From: an uncultured virus (IMG/VR IMGVR_UViG_3300044996_000613)
Lineage: Duplodnaviria > Heunggongvirae > Uroviricota > Caudoviricetes
Length of the DNA stretch: 64,000 nt
IMG/VR virus record: IMGVR_UViG_3300044996_000613
Reading direction: 5' to 3' (one strand)
The notes under the pieces are model-generated. The model did no database searches. It was not told the origin of the DNA and was given only the letters and a program-made list of their open reading frames with translations. Of this stretch, positions 1-8,801 are shown piece after piece; position 1 is the first letter of the stretch; each line of letters opens with the position of its first letter. Both the position numbers and the translations under genes were made by a program.

Positions 1-2
1 TC

Positions 3-323
3 CCAGATGCGATTGATACTGCTCTCCCCAGCCCACCAAGGCTGGGGTGTCTCGGTGTGGTGCAGAACCGCGAACCACACCTTCCTGGTCATGACCTGAC
101 GATCCAGCCAGGCATCAAGATCGGTGATTTGCGTCGTGATTGCCCTAGCGCGCATGCCTTCGACCGGGACCGTCAGCCTCACGAAGTCCTCGGGCAATCG
201 CTCAAGGTCGTCGCCAAGGACATCCTCTGACTGCTCGGCCTCTGCGTAGAGGCGAGCCAGCCTCCTCATCGTCACATCGTCATACGTCAGCGCATCGTGG
301 ACGACTTCTGCGATACTAGTCAT
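3..323 (-). CDS. hypothetical protein, runs off the left window edge (3'-partial)
   Basis: ATG at 323 overlaps the end of the helicase gene and follows AGGAGG. The frame (MTSIAEVVHDALTYDDV...) is open to the edge. Not in the supplied ORF track. Confidence 0.6.
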   Translation of the reverse strand, partial: MTSIAEVVHDALTYDDVTMRRLARLYAEAEQSEDVLGDDLERLPEDFVRLTVPVEGMRARAITTQITDLDAWLDRQVMTRKVWFAVLHHTETPQPWWAGESSINRIW

Positions 324-3201
324 CGACCTTATGGCCTCCTGTGAGAGCACCCAAGAACTGGCTGGGGGCGCACTTGATTATATCGTTCCACCTCTTACGC
401 ACCTGACACCAGCTAAGGACCAACAAGTCCTTGGCACGGGTGCAGGCGACATAAAGCAAGCGGCACTCTTCGGCCACGTTGTCCGCGCGGGCATGCGGGA
501 ACAACCCATCTTCTACCCCGGCGATCCATACAGCACGGAACTCCAGCCCCTTCACTGCATGGCAAGTAGCCACACAGACACCCTTGTGTTCCTCGTCAGA
601 CGCTGTAGCCAACGTGACCATGGTCAGGAAGTCGCGTAGGTCGCCGAAGCGTCCAGCGAGTTGGTACAACCGATCCAGATTGTCCAGCCGATACTGCTCC
701 TTATCGTCGGACGCATATTTGGTGGCCAGGACGGCTTCCGTCACCCTCTTGACTGCTTCGGCAGGAGAGAACGAGGAGAGGTCGCTCATGATGTCTTCAT
801 ACGCTAAGAAGGCATCGGAGCGGGCCTCTGAGCGCAGTCGGGAGCGCACCGCAGCTAAACTCTCCAGCAACGACACCTTACTGGTCGCTGCCTCGTTAAT
901 GACGGCCTTCACGCTCTCATTACCCAGACCTTCCATGCACTGGGCTGAGCGCCGGAACGCCGGGACTTCGAACGGATTGGCCGCAACCCGGAGGAACGAG
1001 AGCGCGTCCCTGACCTCTGCTCTGTCGAAGAACGACAAGGCTCCCACCACAGTGTATGGTATCTTCTTGAAGGCGAATGCCGCCTCCAGCGGCTGGCTCT
1101 GAGCATTGGTGCGGATCAGTACGGCAATCTCGGTGGGTGGGACCCCCTGAGCCATCAAGTCTTGCGCCCACTGTGCGACCTTCTCAGCCTCCTGATCGTT
1201 GTTCAGGCACTCCACGATCTGAGGGTCGTGGCCATCGGCGCGCACCGAGTGTAGACCCTCTGCTCTGATCGGAGACGGATACTGCTCGATCACGCGCCGG
1301 CTGAGCGCTACGATCCGGCCGGTAGAGCGATGATTGGCAGTGAGGGGGTAGACCTTGGCGCCAAACTCGTCGGCAAAGTCCTTGATGTTCTCGGGAACGG
1401 CGCCCCGCCAGCCATAGATGCTGTTGTGGACCACGATGCCATTGGCCACAAAATTACCAAGCGCCGGTACAGATAGGTCTATTAGTTCGTGCTCACCATC
1501 CAGTGGGGTGATTCCCACTACCCCCACCTCAGACACGGAGCCATCCGGCGCCACAGATGGAACGACCGCACCGGGAAAAAGGTCGGACGCCGTGGCGACA
1601 TGGTACCATTGACCAGAGCCAAACACCGCACGCTGTCTATAGAGTACGCGATCCCCAAGCGTCTGACGGAGACTGGTGGCCACTTGTAGCGCACCCTCGT
1701 ATGAGCTACGGAATATGTCACACCGCCACCCGCTCCACTCATTACCACCCCCGACCTTCTTGACTGCCCTAACGTTTCTCCCGACCATCGGATCAGAGGT
1801 CGCAAGAGAAGCTACTTCAGGGTCGCTAGTCGTTATCGTGACCCGGTGCCCAGAACGATTGCCCCCACTAATACCCTGTGAAGAGTTCATCACGAGAGAG
1901 AGGCGCGGCAACTCGCCATTCGGACAAGAAGCTACGTGGGGACGGTCAATCGAATAACCCCTGTCGGCCAAAAGCCGAGTCGCGCCGGCCTCGCCCCCGG
2001 AAACAGCACTGAAGATGCCATCGACAACCTCGGTGCTAGTCCTCCCGCTGGCCCGAAATACAGTAGTCGGAATGCCATATCGCAGCGAGACGGACGCCTC
2101 TAACACCCTAGCGTCATCCTCTGTGCGACATACTTCTAATACCCATGCCGCTCTCCCTCTCTCCTGCTGCAATCGTTGCGCCAGACCGATCCCATCAGTA
2201 TCTGCCGTGACCTTCCTGACTAACGATGTGATCCCGACACGCCAACGACCCCCCCCATCAGTCATGAGGTAGACCAGACAACTCTCTCTTCTTTTCCCCC
2301 GCGTGCCCCGAGGGATGGCCATAAACATCCTGTGTGTCGGCGAACACACCAGGACCCTGCCGTCAGCAAACTCGACCCTCATGGCAGGACCCCTGAGGCG
2401 CACCATATCCCCGATGGGCACAACCTGTAGACCACTACGATCCGCAGCTACAATGGGGTGGGATGGCCGTAGCTTGCCCGCCTCTACCTCAACACCATCC
2501 CGCACCATGATCGGCGTATCGGCAGCAACACACTGGTCGTGATCTCCGACGATGGTCACATTCCGATACGGGGCCGCCAGACGGCGAACAAGCTCCAGTT
2601 GAGGTCTGTTGGTGTCTTGCACTTCATCTACGAGTACCAACTGGAAGTGGGGGGCGATGCTGTCGATCACACAGAACCTGATTGCGTCTTCAAGCAGATC
2701 GTCGTAGTCGTGGAGTCGGTACTGGCGCTTCAGCTTGTTGTAGCCTTCCCACGCACTGATGTACTCGGTAGTGATCTCTTCCGGGGGCGCTTCCAGGGTA
2801 TATCCCAGGTTACGCTTCATGCTGATCCACTCAGCTACTGGTTTGGCATCCAGACCAAGTCTCCCATCATTGATGACCTCCTTCATCACCGACAGGGCCT
2901 CGTCCTCGTCAGCTATTGAGCCCCCCGTCACTGGCAGAAGGTGGCGAGCACAAAGGCTGTGGAACGTGCTGGCCACAAAGCCTCCACCCCACTCCTTCAG
3001 GCGCGAGCGAGCCTCCTTGGCCGCCTTGTTGGTGAACGTCACCAGAAGGATACGATTGGGCTCTATGGCTCTCGAATACCAGACCGCACGGGCCACGATG
3101 GTCCGTGTCTTGCCGCTACCAGGCCCAGCCACAATTACGGTCGGCTCGGCGGGCGCCGTGGCAGCAGCGATTTGTTCCTCGGTGAGCCCTTGTAGCGGCA
3201 T
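316..3201 (-). CDS. uvrD: UvrD/PcrA/Rep superfamily 1 DNA helicase, intein-containing
   Basis: Motifs AGPGSGKT, TFTNKAA, STFHS, VDEVQDTN, GDHDQ/SIYGWRGA, NHRS, TCHAVKGLEF and EECRLLYVACTRAKD. Confidence 0.95.
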   Translation of the reverse strand: MPLQGLTEEQIAAATAPAEPTVIVAGPGSGKTRTIVARAVWYSRAIEPNRILLVTFTNKAAKEARSRLKEWGGGFVASTFHSLCARHLLPVTGGSIADEDEALSVMKEVINDGRLGLDAKPVAEWISMKRNLGYTLEAPPEEITTEYISAWEGYNKLKRQYRLHDYDDLLEDAIRFCVIDSIAPHFQLVLVDEVQDTNRPQLELVRRLAAPYRNVTIVGDHDQCVAADTPIMVRDGVEVEAGKLRPSHPIVAADRSGLQVVPIGDMVRLRGPAMRVEFADGRVLVCSPTHRMFMAIPRGTRGKRRESCLVYLMTDGGGRWRVGITSLVRKVTADTDGIGLAQRLQQERGRAAWVLEVCRTEDDARVLEASVSLRYGIPTTVFRASGRTSTEVVDGIFSAVSGGEAGATRLLADRGYSIDRPHVASCPNGELPRLSLVMNSSQGISGGNRSGHRVTITTSDPEVASLATSDPMVGRNVRAVKKVGGGNEWSGWRCDIFRSSYEGALQVATSLRQTLGDRVLYRQRAVFGSGQWYHVATASDLFPGAVVPSVAPDGSVSEVGVVGITPLDGEHELIDLSVPALGNFVANGIVVHNSIYGWRGAVPENIKDFADEFGAKVYPLTANHRSTGRIVALSRRVIEQYPSPIRAEGLHSVRADGHDPQIVECLNNDQEAEKVAQWAQDLMAQGVPPTEIAVLIRTNAQSQPLEAAFAFKKIPYTVVGALSFFDRAEVRDALSFLRVAANPFEVPAFRRSAQCMEGLGNESVKAVINEAATSKVSLLESLAAVRSRLRSEARSDAFLAYEDIMSDLSSFSPAEAVKRVTEAVLATKYASDDKEQYRLDNLDRLYQLAGRFGDLRDFLTMVTLATASDEEHKGVCVATCHAVKGLEFRAVWIAGVEDGLFPHARADNVAEECRLLYVACTRAKDLLVLSWCQVRKRWNDIIKCAPSQFLGALTGGHKVDD
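1423..2532 (-). mobile_element. intein (370 aa) in helicase motif III
   Basis: The insert splits GDHDQ|SIYGWRGA. It starts with Cys (CVAADT), has block B 'CSPTHRM', and ends 'NFVANGIVVHN' followed by Ser+1. Confidence 0.93.
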
Positions 3202-3203
3202 GT

Positions 3204-3794
3204 CTACTCTTCCAGGTCCAACGGGGGGACGAGACCTTCGAGATCATCGGTGATGACAACCGTCCGCACCTCTGGATTGGTTGTCTCCGCGATGGAGGAT
3301 GTCACCTTGATGGCAAACTGCACTACTTCATCGGCGGTCATGTCGGGGCGATGGGCGAGCAGGGCTTGTGCGGCCCCCGCAGCCTTCTCCCAGTCGGGCC
3401 CAATGGTTGCGACCTCTCGTCGCTCGAAGGCGCCACCATCCGTAACAGCAACGTGCATCTTCCCATCCATGACCACCAGTAGTTCGTAGGGGATGCCTTC
3501 GTCGCTCAACCGGAGTCCGCCGAATATCGGGTCGTCTGGGCTGCAACAGTACCTAGTCCACTCTTTGCGCCAGACGCCGGGGCCATAGCCTTCGATGATA
3601 CCGCGAAGGGCATCAAACAGGACATCGGCGACACCGACAGGGGCGTTGCTGGCCACCACCAGGCCAAGCGATTTATCGTGCTGGCCCAGCCGAATGACTC
3701 GGACTCGCCCATCAGGTGTCTGATCGTAACCCCAGCAAGTGTCGTGCCCCACAGCGATCTCGCCGTCCTTGGCAACTGCGATGGCTACAGCCAT
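3204..3794 (-). CDS. HslV/proteasome-beta (Ntn-hydrolase)-like protein, catalytic residues apparently substituted
   Basis: The N-terminal strand pattern MAVAIAVAKDGEIAVGHDT and the late 'ATIGPD..AAGAAQAL...AIKV' segment resemble 'MTxIxA...V.MaaD' and 'AIGSG..ALGAL' of HslV-like proteins. Judged by eye. Confidence 0.5.
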   Translation of the reverse strand: MAVAIAVAKDGEIAVGHDTCWGYDQTPDGRVRVIRLGQHDKSLGLVVASNAPVGVADVLFDALRGIIEGYGPGVWRKEWTRYCCSPDDPIFGGLRLSDEGIPYELLVVMDGKMHVAVTDGGAFERREVATIGPDWEKAAGAAQALLAHRPDMTADEVVQFAIKVTSSIAETTNPEVRTVVITDDLEGLVPPLDLEE

Positions 3795-3838
3795 AGCGCA
3801 CCGTTCCTTTCCGAACAGCTAAGAAGGCCATCCTGCAT

Positions 3839-3867
3839 AAGATACCACGGGACGGCCTTCTTGTCAA
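3839..3867 (-). promoter_or_regulatory. sigma70/sigmaA-type promoter TTGACA-N17-TATCTT with extended -10 TG
   Basis: The minus strand reads TTGACA AGAAGGCCGTCCCGTGG TATCTT in the intergenic gap upstream of 3794. Confidence 0.75.
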
Positions 3868-3868
3868 T

Positions 3869-5338
3869 CTACCCGATGCCTGCCGTCTCGTGCTCAGAAA
3901 CCTCGCGGGACTCTCGGCCGTCCTTGGGGGCCCACTCCCCACCACTCGATGCAACACCAGTTGGGGTATAAGCCCCATCGGGCCGCTCCAGTCCGCTGAT
4001 CCAAGGGGTGTAGAGGCCGTTTGTGTCAGCCTTGACTTCCCTCACCTCGTCCAGGTAGACCGGGTAGTTCCAGGTCTTGCCGTACTTTGGGTGCAGGCCA
4101 AACAACAACTGCTGTGGGATGCCCCCAGTGAGCAGCCGGCCGACCGAGAGCGGGCTCGGGCCTGTCAGCGCACCGTTGATGATCTTCACACCACGGATGT
4201 TGTCGAGGATCGACGGCGTGTGGAAATGGCCCATGTGGATGTAGTGCACCGGAAGGTTGAGCAGTTGGGCCATCTTAGCGGTTTCTCGATTGATGCCGTA
4301 GTATGGGATGCCAAGGTTGTTGGGGATTGTATCTCCATGCAGGACTACGTGGTTCCACTTGGGGGCGTACTCCAGCGTGTACGCCATCCACGGCATGGGA
4401 GAGATGAAGAACTTGATGCGTGGCTCCCGCGCGAACCGCTGAGCCAGGAACCGATAGAGCACGAAGTCCCAGTTTGAGCGCCAGTGCTGGGAGTTTTTCT
4501 TCCTCCCCATGCGGCCGTGGTTCCCGGCAACTGCATATACTCTGATTTCCTCGAACTCAGGGAGGAACGTCTCGATGAGGCTTTCGGCAGCGAAGAACGC
4601 CATCGTCATCTGGTCGGCGGCCGGGAGGTCGATGTAGGTACCCTGACTGTCCCAGATCACCTCGTTCTCGATCATGTCGCCCAGGAAGTTCAACACCAAC
4701 CAGGGGACATTGACCATGCCGCGCTGCAGCTTGACGAGACGCAGGACCTGGCGGCCGAGCCTCTCTACCCTGCCCATGAGGATGTCGGTGTTCACCTCGC
4801 CCATGCCCCCGACATCATCGCCCTTCCACGACGACCCGAACTGCCAGTCGCCCACCTCCAGCACTGCGTACTCGGGGTGCCCGCGATCAGGGTCGATGGG
4901 CGGGCACTCGAACGGCTTGGGGTCGTAGGTACCCAGTTGACCGATCAGAGAATCTACAACCGCGTCGATCACAATGTCGCGGTTGTCCAGCTTCTTGTTG
5001 AGCCTGGCGATCTCCTTCGTCATGGCCTCGACCCGACGCCCGTAGCGCTGCGCCAGAGGAGTGTATCTATCGTCCTCGTCGAAGCCGCCCGATAGGGCCT
5101 TGATGGCCTCCTCGGGAGTCATGTTGGCCGCCTTGTGGAACTGTGCGAAGAACCGTAGTGAGTGCTTGATCGACCGCTCGCTGACACCAGCATCGGCAGC
5201 GATCTCAGCGCGTGTCTTACCCTCTATAACAGAGGCATGAGCGACCCCCACGTCCTTCTGCTTGAGGCCGATGGCGTTGGCCAGGTTTTGCAGTGTGGAG
5301 GTCACAACGATATTGCGACCCGCATTGGGCTGAGTCAT
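3869..5338 (-). CDS. calcineurin-like metallophosphoesterase with N-terminal HTH and coiled coil
   Basis: Motifs GDWQFG, LGDMIE, AGNHGR, LHGD and GHFH. N-terminal 'GKTRAEIAADAGVSERSIK' is HTH-like. Confidence 0.85.
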   Translation of the reverse strand: MTQPNAGRNIVVTSTLQNLANAIGLKQKDVGVAHASVIEGKTRAEIAADAGVSERSIKHSLRFFAQFHKAANMTPEEAIKALSGGFDEDDRYTPLAQRYGRRVEAMTKEIARLNKKLDNRDIVIDAVVDSLIGQLGTYDPKPFECPPIDPDRGHPEYAVLEVGDWQFGSSWKGDDVGGMGEVNTDILMGRVERLGRQVLRLVKLQRGMVNVPWLVLNFLGDMIENEVIWDSQGTYIDLPAADQMTMAFFAAESLIETFLPEFEEIRVYAVAGNHGRMGRKKNSQHWRSNWDFVLYRFLAQRFAREPRIKFFISPMPWMAYTLEYAPKWNHVVLHGDTIPNNLGIPYYGINRETAKMAQLLNLPVHYIHMGHFHTPSILDNIRGVKIINGALTGPSPLSVGRLLTGGIPQQLLFGLHPKYGKTWNYPVYLDEVREVKADTNGLYTPWISGLERPDGAYTPTGVASSGGEWAPKDGRESREVSEHETAGIG

Positions 5339-5356
5339 TGATGCTCGCCCTCCGGT

Positions 5357-5833
5357 TCAGAATCCAGGCCCCTCATCCAACGTAGCAGGTGACCGCTGCA
5401 TCTCATCTTGCCCCACCGCTCCCTCTCCGTCTTCAGGCAAGAGTTCAGCCAACTTCCCCTCCACTCGACGGCGCAGATCGAACAGGGGGCCAGCCAAACC
5501 CTTCAGCTTCTCCAGCCGATTGGCTACTTCGTCAGCGCTGAAGGCGTTGGCCGGCAGTGCTAGGCGATCCCGGGCCACATCTTCTTGGACGCTGTTGAGT
5601 ACATAGGCTGCCAGTACCAACTCAGCGAGTATGTCCTGGACGTTGGCCGTCAAGGTCGAGTCTAGTAGATGGGCCGCCACGGCGCTGTGCTCTGGCACGC
5701 TGCCGTCCAGTTGATCGGCGATCATCCAGGGGAAGGATTCGATCCTCCCCAGGACTCTGGCTAGATCATCTGGTGTTCTTACCAGATACAGCGCTTTCCC
5801 AATCAGGTCGGAAATGGCGCTCGAAGACATCAC
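5357..5833 (-). CDS. hypothetical protein (start uncertain)
   Basis: Fills the gap between neighbours on the coding strand. Helical composition, no recognisable motif. Confidence 0.5.
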   Translation of the reverse strand: MMSSSAISDLIGKALYLVRTPDDLARVLGRIESFPWMIADQLDGSVPEHSAVAAHLLDSTLTANVQDILAELVLAAYVLNSVQEDVARDRLALPANAFSADEVANRLEKLKGLAGPLFDLRRRVEGKLAELLPEDGEGAVGQDEMQRSPATLDEGPGF

Positions 5834-6626
5834 ACATCACCTCCCAGAATCCAGCACCGAACGCGATGTCGTACTCTGCCTGCATGTCGAGGTAGGCCGG
5901 CGTGAGATTCGGGCTGCCGATGGGACAGACGATCCCGTTCTGCCGCAGCACCTGGGGGTCGTGAGTCATGGCGTAGTACAGCGGAGTGCTGTAGTTCAGG
6001 CCAGCCTGAACCTGCATCGGGAACAACGTGCAGGAGATGGGCTTGAGCAGGCGCCAGTCGATGTCATTGTCAACCGCAAACGCATGGATGGCGCACTTCC
6101 CATCTGATGGCCGCCAGAAGACGCACGAGCCATCGGGCATCAGTCGGTTCCCTTCTCCGGCGAAGGGGCTGCCCAGGTCAGCCATGCGCGCCGACGCGGG
6201 CGTCATGTAGCCCCGGATGCCCTCGTAGTGGCGCAAGATGCGAGCCTGCCCCGCCGCCTTGACGCGCACAGGTTGACGGCAGCACATCCCATGGCAGACA
6301 ACCACATCGTCTCTCCCCTTGAAGAACTCCTCCCGCATGCTCTCAGACAAGCAGCAGGGGCCGAAGGGGGTGAAGAACGCCCTAGCCTCGACCCAGACAT
6401 CCGTCCTCACAGGGACCTCCGACCCATCAGAATCCACCATCAACGGGCGCATGGTGAGGGGATGGCGCTTGATGGCCCCATGCTCGTCCTTGGCGAACGC
6501 CTCCATGGGCCACCCGGTTGCTGGGTCGATGTCAGTGCGCTCCCGTTTCGCACAGTCCCACGGAACCTCGGCATAGACCAGATGGTTGATCTCCCTGTCA
6601 CCGAATATGAACAGTTCCACTGACAA
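5766..6626 (-). CDS. Cys-rich DUF3109/YkgJ-like putative Zn or Fe-S cluster protein
   Basis: CHGMCC ... GSCVF ... KCAIH ... KPISCTLFP pattern. AGGAGG RBS upstream. Confidence 0.7.
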   Translation of the reverse strand: MSVELFIFGDREINHLVYAEVPWDCAKRERTDIDPATGWPMEAFAKDEHGAIKRHPLTMRPLMVDSDGSEVPVRTDVWVEARAFFTPFGPCCLSESMREEFFKGRDDVVVCHGMCCRQPVRVKAAGQARILRHYEGIRGYMTPASARMADLGSPFAGEGNRLMPDGSCVFWRPSDGKCAIHAFAVDNDIDWRLLKPISCTLFPMQVQAGLNYSTPLYYAMTHDPQVLRQNGIVCPIGSPNLTPAYLDMQAEYDIAFGAGFWEVMCDVFERHFRPDWESAVSGKNTR

Positions 6627-6630
6627 CCTC

Positions 6631-7311
6631 CTATTGATTCTTCACGAAAGCAGCCGGGTGAAGAACGACATGGCTCGGCTTCGTTGGCAACAGCGCGACC
6701 GAATCGAACACGATCCTCAGGAACTCGGCGGCTGTTGCTATCTGCTTGTCCCCGACTCCCTGGGCCGTCTCTTCGTATGTGAACGAAACGGGGTTGCAGG
6801 GGAGGGGGACACGGAACCACTTATCCGCGAAGTCGCGGGTAAGGTACTGATCGAGGGCGTCCACCAGTTCGTGGGTGCCTACATACTCATTGACCGTGGC
6901 AACCAGGCGGAACAGCGGAGGCCACGGTTGGTCCGTAGACACGAACATCTCCGCCTGAACCACCTGAGACAGTACAAGAGCGGCGGCGAACGTCTCAGGC
7001 TCGACCCCATGGCCATCCACGGCGATGGCCCGCGCAGCGCTGTAGCGCATGATACCTGCCCGGGCAGCGTCGAGCGCAGCGTCAGCCTCGTTCCACGATG
7101 ACCCCGGACGTATTGATAGGCCACTGTCGTCGATAGAAACCCGATGAGCCACTGGGCGGGCTATCGGTCGAGGAGTAGGCTCAGCAAAGATGGATGGCTG
7201 GACCACCTGAGGAATGACGATCTCCCTGATTGCAGCCGAGAGATTCTGTTGGCTAGGGGCGTCAAAGACGATGACCGACTCTCCGGGATGCTTGTGCATA
7301 GACCTAGACAC
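6631..7311 (-). CDS. hypothetical protein
   Basis: 226-aa ORF coupled to its neighbours. No motif recognised. Confidence 0.6.
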   Translation of the reverse strand: MSRSMHKHPGESVIVFDAPSQQNLSAAIREIVIPQVVQPSIFAEPTPRPIARPVAHRVSIDDSGLSIRPGSSWNEADAALDAARAGIMRYSAARAIAVDGHGVEPETFAAALVLSQVVQAEMFVSTDQPWPPLFRLVATVNEYVGTHELVDALDQYLTRDFADKWFRVPLPCNPVSFTYEETAQGVGDKQIATAAEFLRIVFDSVALLPTKPSHVVLHPAAFVKNQ

Positions 7312-8590
7312 CTCGGGTCAACGGACGCGCGAATCCGCTCGTGAGATTGCCTGCCACTGCCGCTGCCTGTACCAACACGTCCTGCGACTCCGGGATATGT
7401 ATGTATTCCTGCATCCTACCGATCTCTGACAGCAACATGCTGGCGTCGCCGGTCGTCATCGTAATCCGGATGGGGTCCGGGGTTGCCTTGCATGACATGA
7501 GAAGATCGGCGACATGCAGGGCTAGCTCGTACCAGATGCGTGGTTGGTAGGTCCCCCACTGACCGCTGTGTGTGGCGATGGCGCAGAGCGCGCGCACTAC
7601 ATCATCGTAGATGCCAAGACGCTCTGCAATCATACCGATGTAGGCCGATGTGATGACATCGTGGAGCTTGTAATCGCCCTTGTCTCCGTGCGATCCATAG
7701 CCCCACTTCACCAGATCGTGCAGCAAGCCGGCCGCGTGCATCGTGGGGACGAACTCCTCGTGTCCCATCCCGGACGCGATCTTACCAGCGATGTAGGCAA
7801 CCCCCAAGCTGTGCGATAGGAGCCCACCAGGCCGGTTGGCCCAGGGCGGGTGGTGCTTGCCCGACGACGAAGCGGGGGCTGTCAGGAACGTATCGGGGGC
7901 CCGCCGGAGCGCCTCCCTGGCGAGCAGGTCGAGTGGCTCCCCCAGACGGCTGATGAAGCCATCGAGTAGCTCTGGAACCTCGCTGGAAGGTTCGGAGATG
8001 GTCGCTGCCAACCGCAGATCGGCCACCAACTCTTTATGCTCGCGAGAAGACGCTCCGCCCTTGCGCGCCACGTAGGACGGGTGGTAGGCCAACACCACAG
8101 GGAGGGAGTAGGGGCGTCCCTCCGCCCCCTCAAACAGATACATAAACACCTTGCCGTGATCTTCTGTGATCTTGGCCTTCCGGTGATCGAACAGAGAGCT
8201 ATAGGCATTGGCCCCAAGAGCAACGATCACCTCGGGCTGGACAACTGTAAGCCCCCGCTTGACAAAGGGGATACATGCCGGGACAGCAGGGCTGTCCGCC
8301 GATGGGAATTGGTTCCCCTCAGGACGACATGAGAGGATGTTGTGTATATATAGGGCGCCACGGTCAAGGCCGGCATCCTCAATGGCCTGATCCAGCACCT
8401 TACCCGCCCGTCCCACAAATGGGCGTCCCTGCTCGTCCTCATCAGCGCCTGGGGCCTCACCAACAATGAAGATAGATGCCGACTCGGACCCCTCTCCAGG
8501 TACCGTCTGGGTCGCAGGGCCGCGCAGGCCGCACAGCTTACAGTTCCTGATGTTGGACCGTAGGGTCAAAAGGTCTTCAGCCTTCGTCAT
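7304..8590 (-). CDS. family-4 uracil-DNA glycosylase fused to a C-terminal HD-domain hydrolase
   Basis: UDG part: CKLC, VGEAPG, GRPFVGRAG, SCRP, YHPSY. HD part: PASSSGKHH, GGLLSHS, LLHDLVK, ATHSGQW, HVADL. Confidence 0.88.
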   Translation of the reverse strand: MTKAEDLLTLRSNIRNCKLCGLRGPATQTVPGEGSESASIFIVGEAPGADEDEQGRPFVGRAGKVLDQAIEDAGLDRGALYIHNILSCRPEGNQFPSADSPAVPACIPFVKRGLTVVQPEVIVALGANAYSSLFDHRKAKITEDHGKVFMYLFEGAEGRPYSLPVVLAYHPSYVARKGGASSREHKELVADLRLAATISEPSSEVPELLDGFISRLGEPLDLLAREALRRAPDTFLTAPASSSGKHHPPWANRPGGLLSHSLGVAYIAGKIASGMGHEEFVPTMHAAGLLHDLVKWGYGSHGDKGDYKLHDVITSAYIGMIAERLGIYDDVVRALCAIATHSGQWGTYQPRIWYELALHVADLLMSCKATPDPIRITMTTGDASMLLSEIGRMQEYIHIPESQDVLVQAAAVAGNLTSGFARPLTRGV

Positions 8591-8801
8591 GATTACCCTC
8601 TCGTCCGTGGTTACACTCGGGGCAGGCTACTGCCAGATTCTGCGTGCCATGTCCCCCTCCACGCGATCTGGCCACAACATGCTCTCTGGTACAGGTACCG
8701 AATGGCGTCTCCCTGTGGCACCAGCAACAACGACCGCTCTGCAGCAGCCACAGGTAGAACGCCATCGCTCTATGAGGCTTAAGTTTGGGTATCTTTCTCA
8801 C
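8577..8801 (-). CDS. small HNH endonuclease
   Basis: CCWC ... TREHVVARSRGG ... NLAVACPECN. Confidence 0.8.
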   Translation of the reverse strand: MRKIPKLKPHRAMAFYLWLLQSGRCCWCHRETPFGTCTREHVVARSRGGGHGTQNLAVACPECNHGREGNHDEG

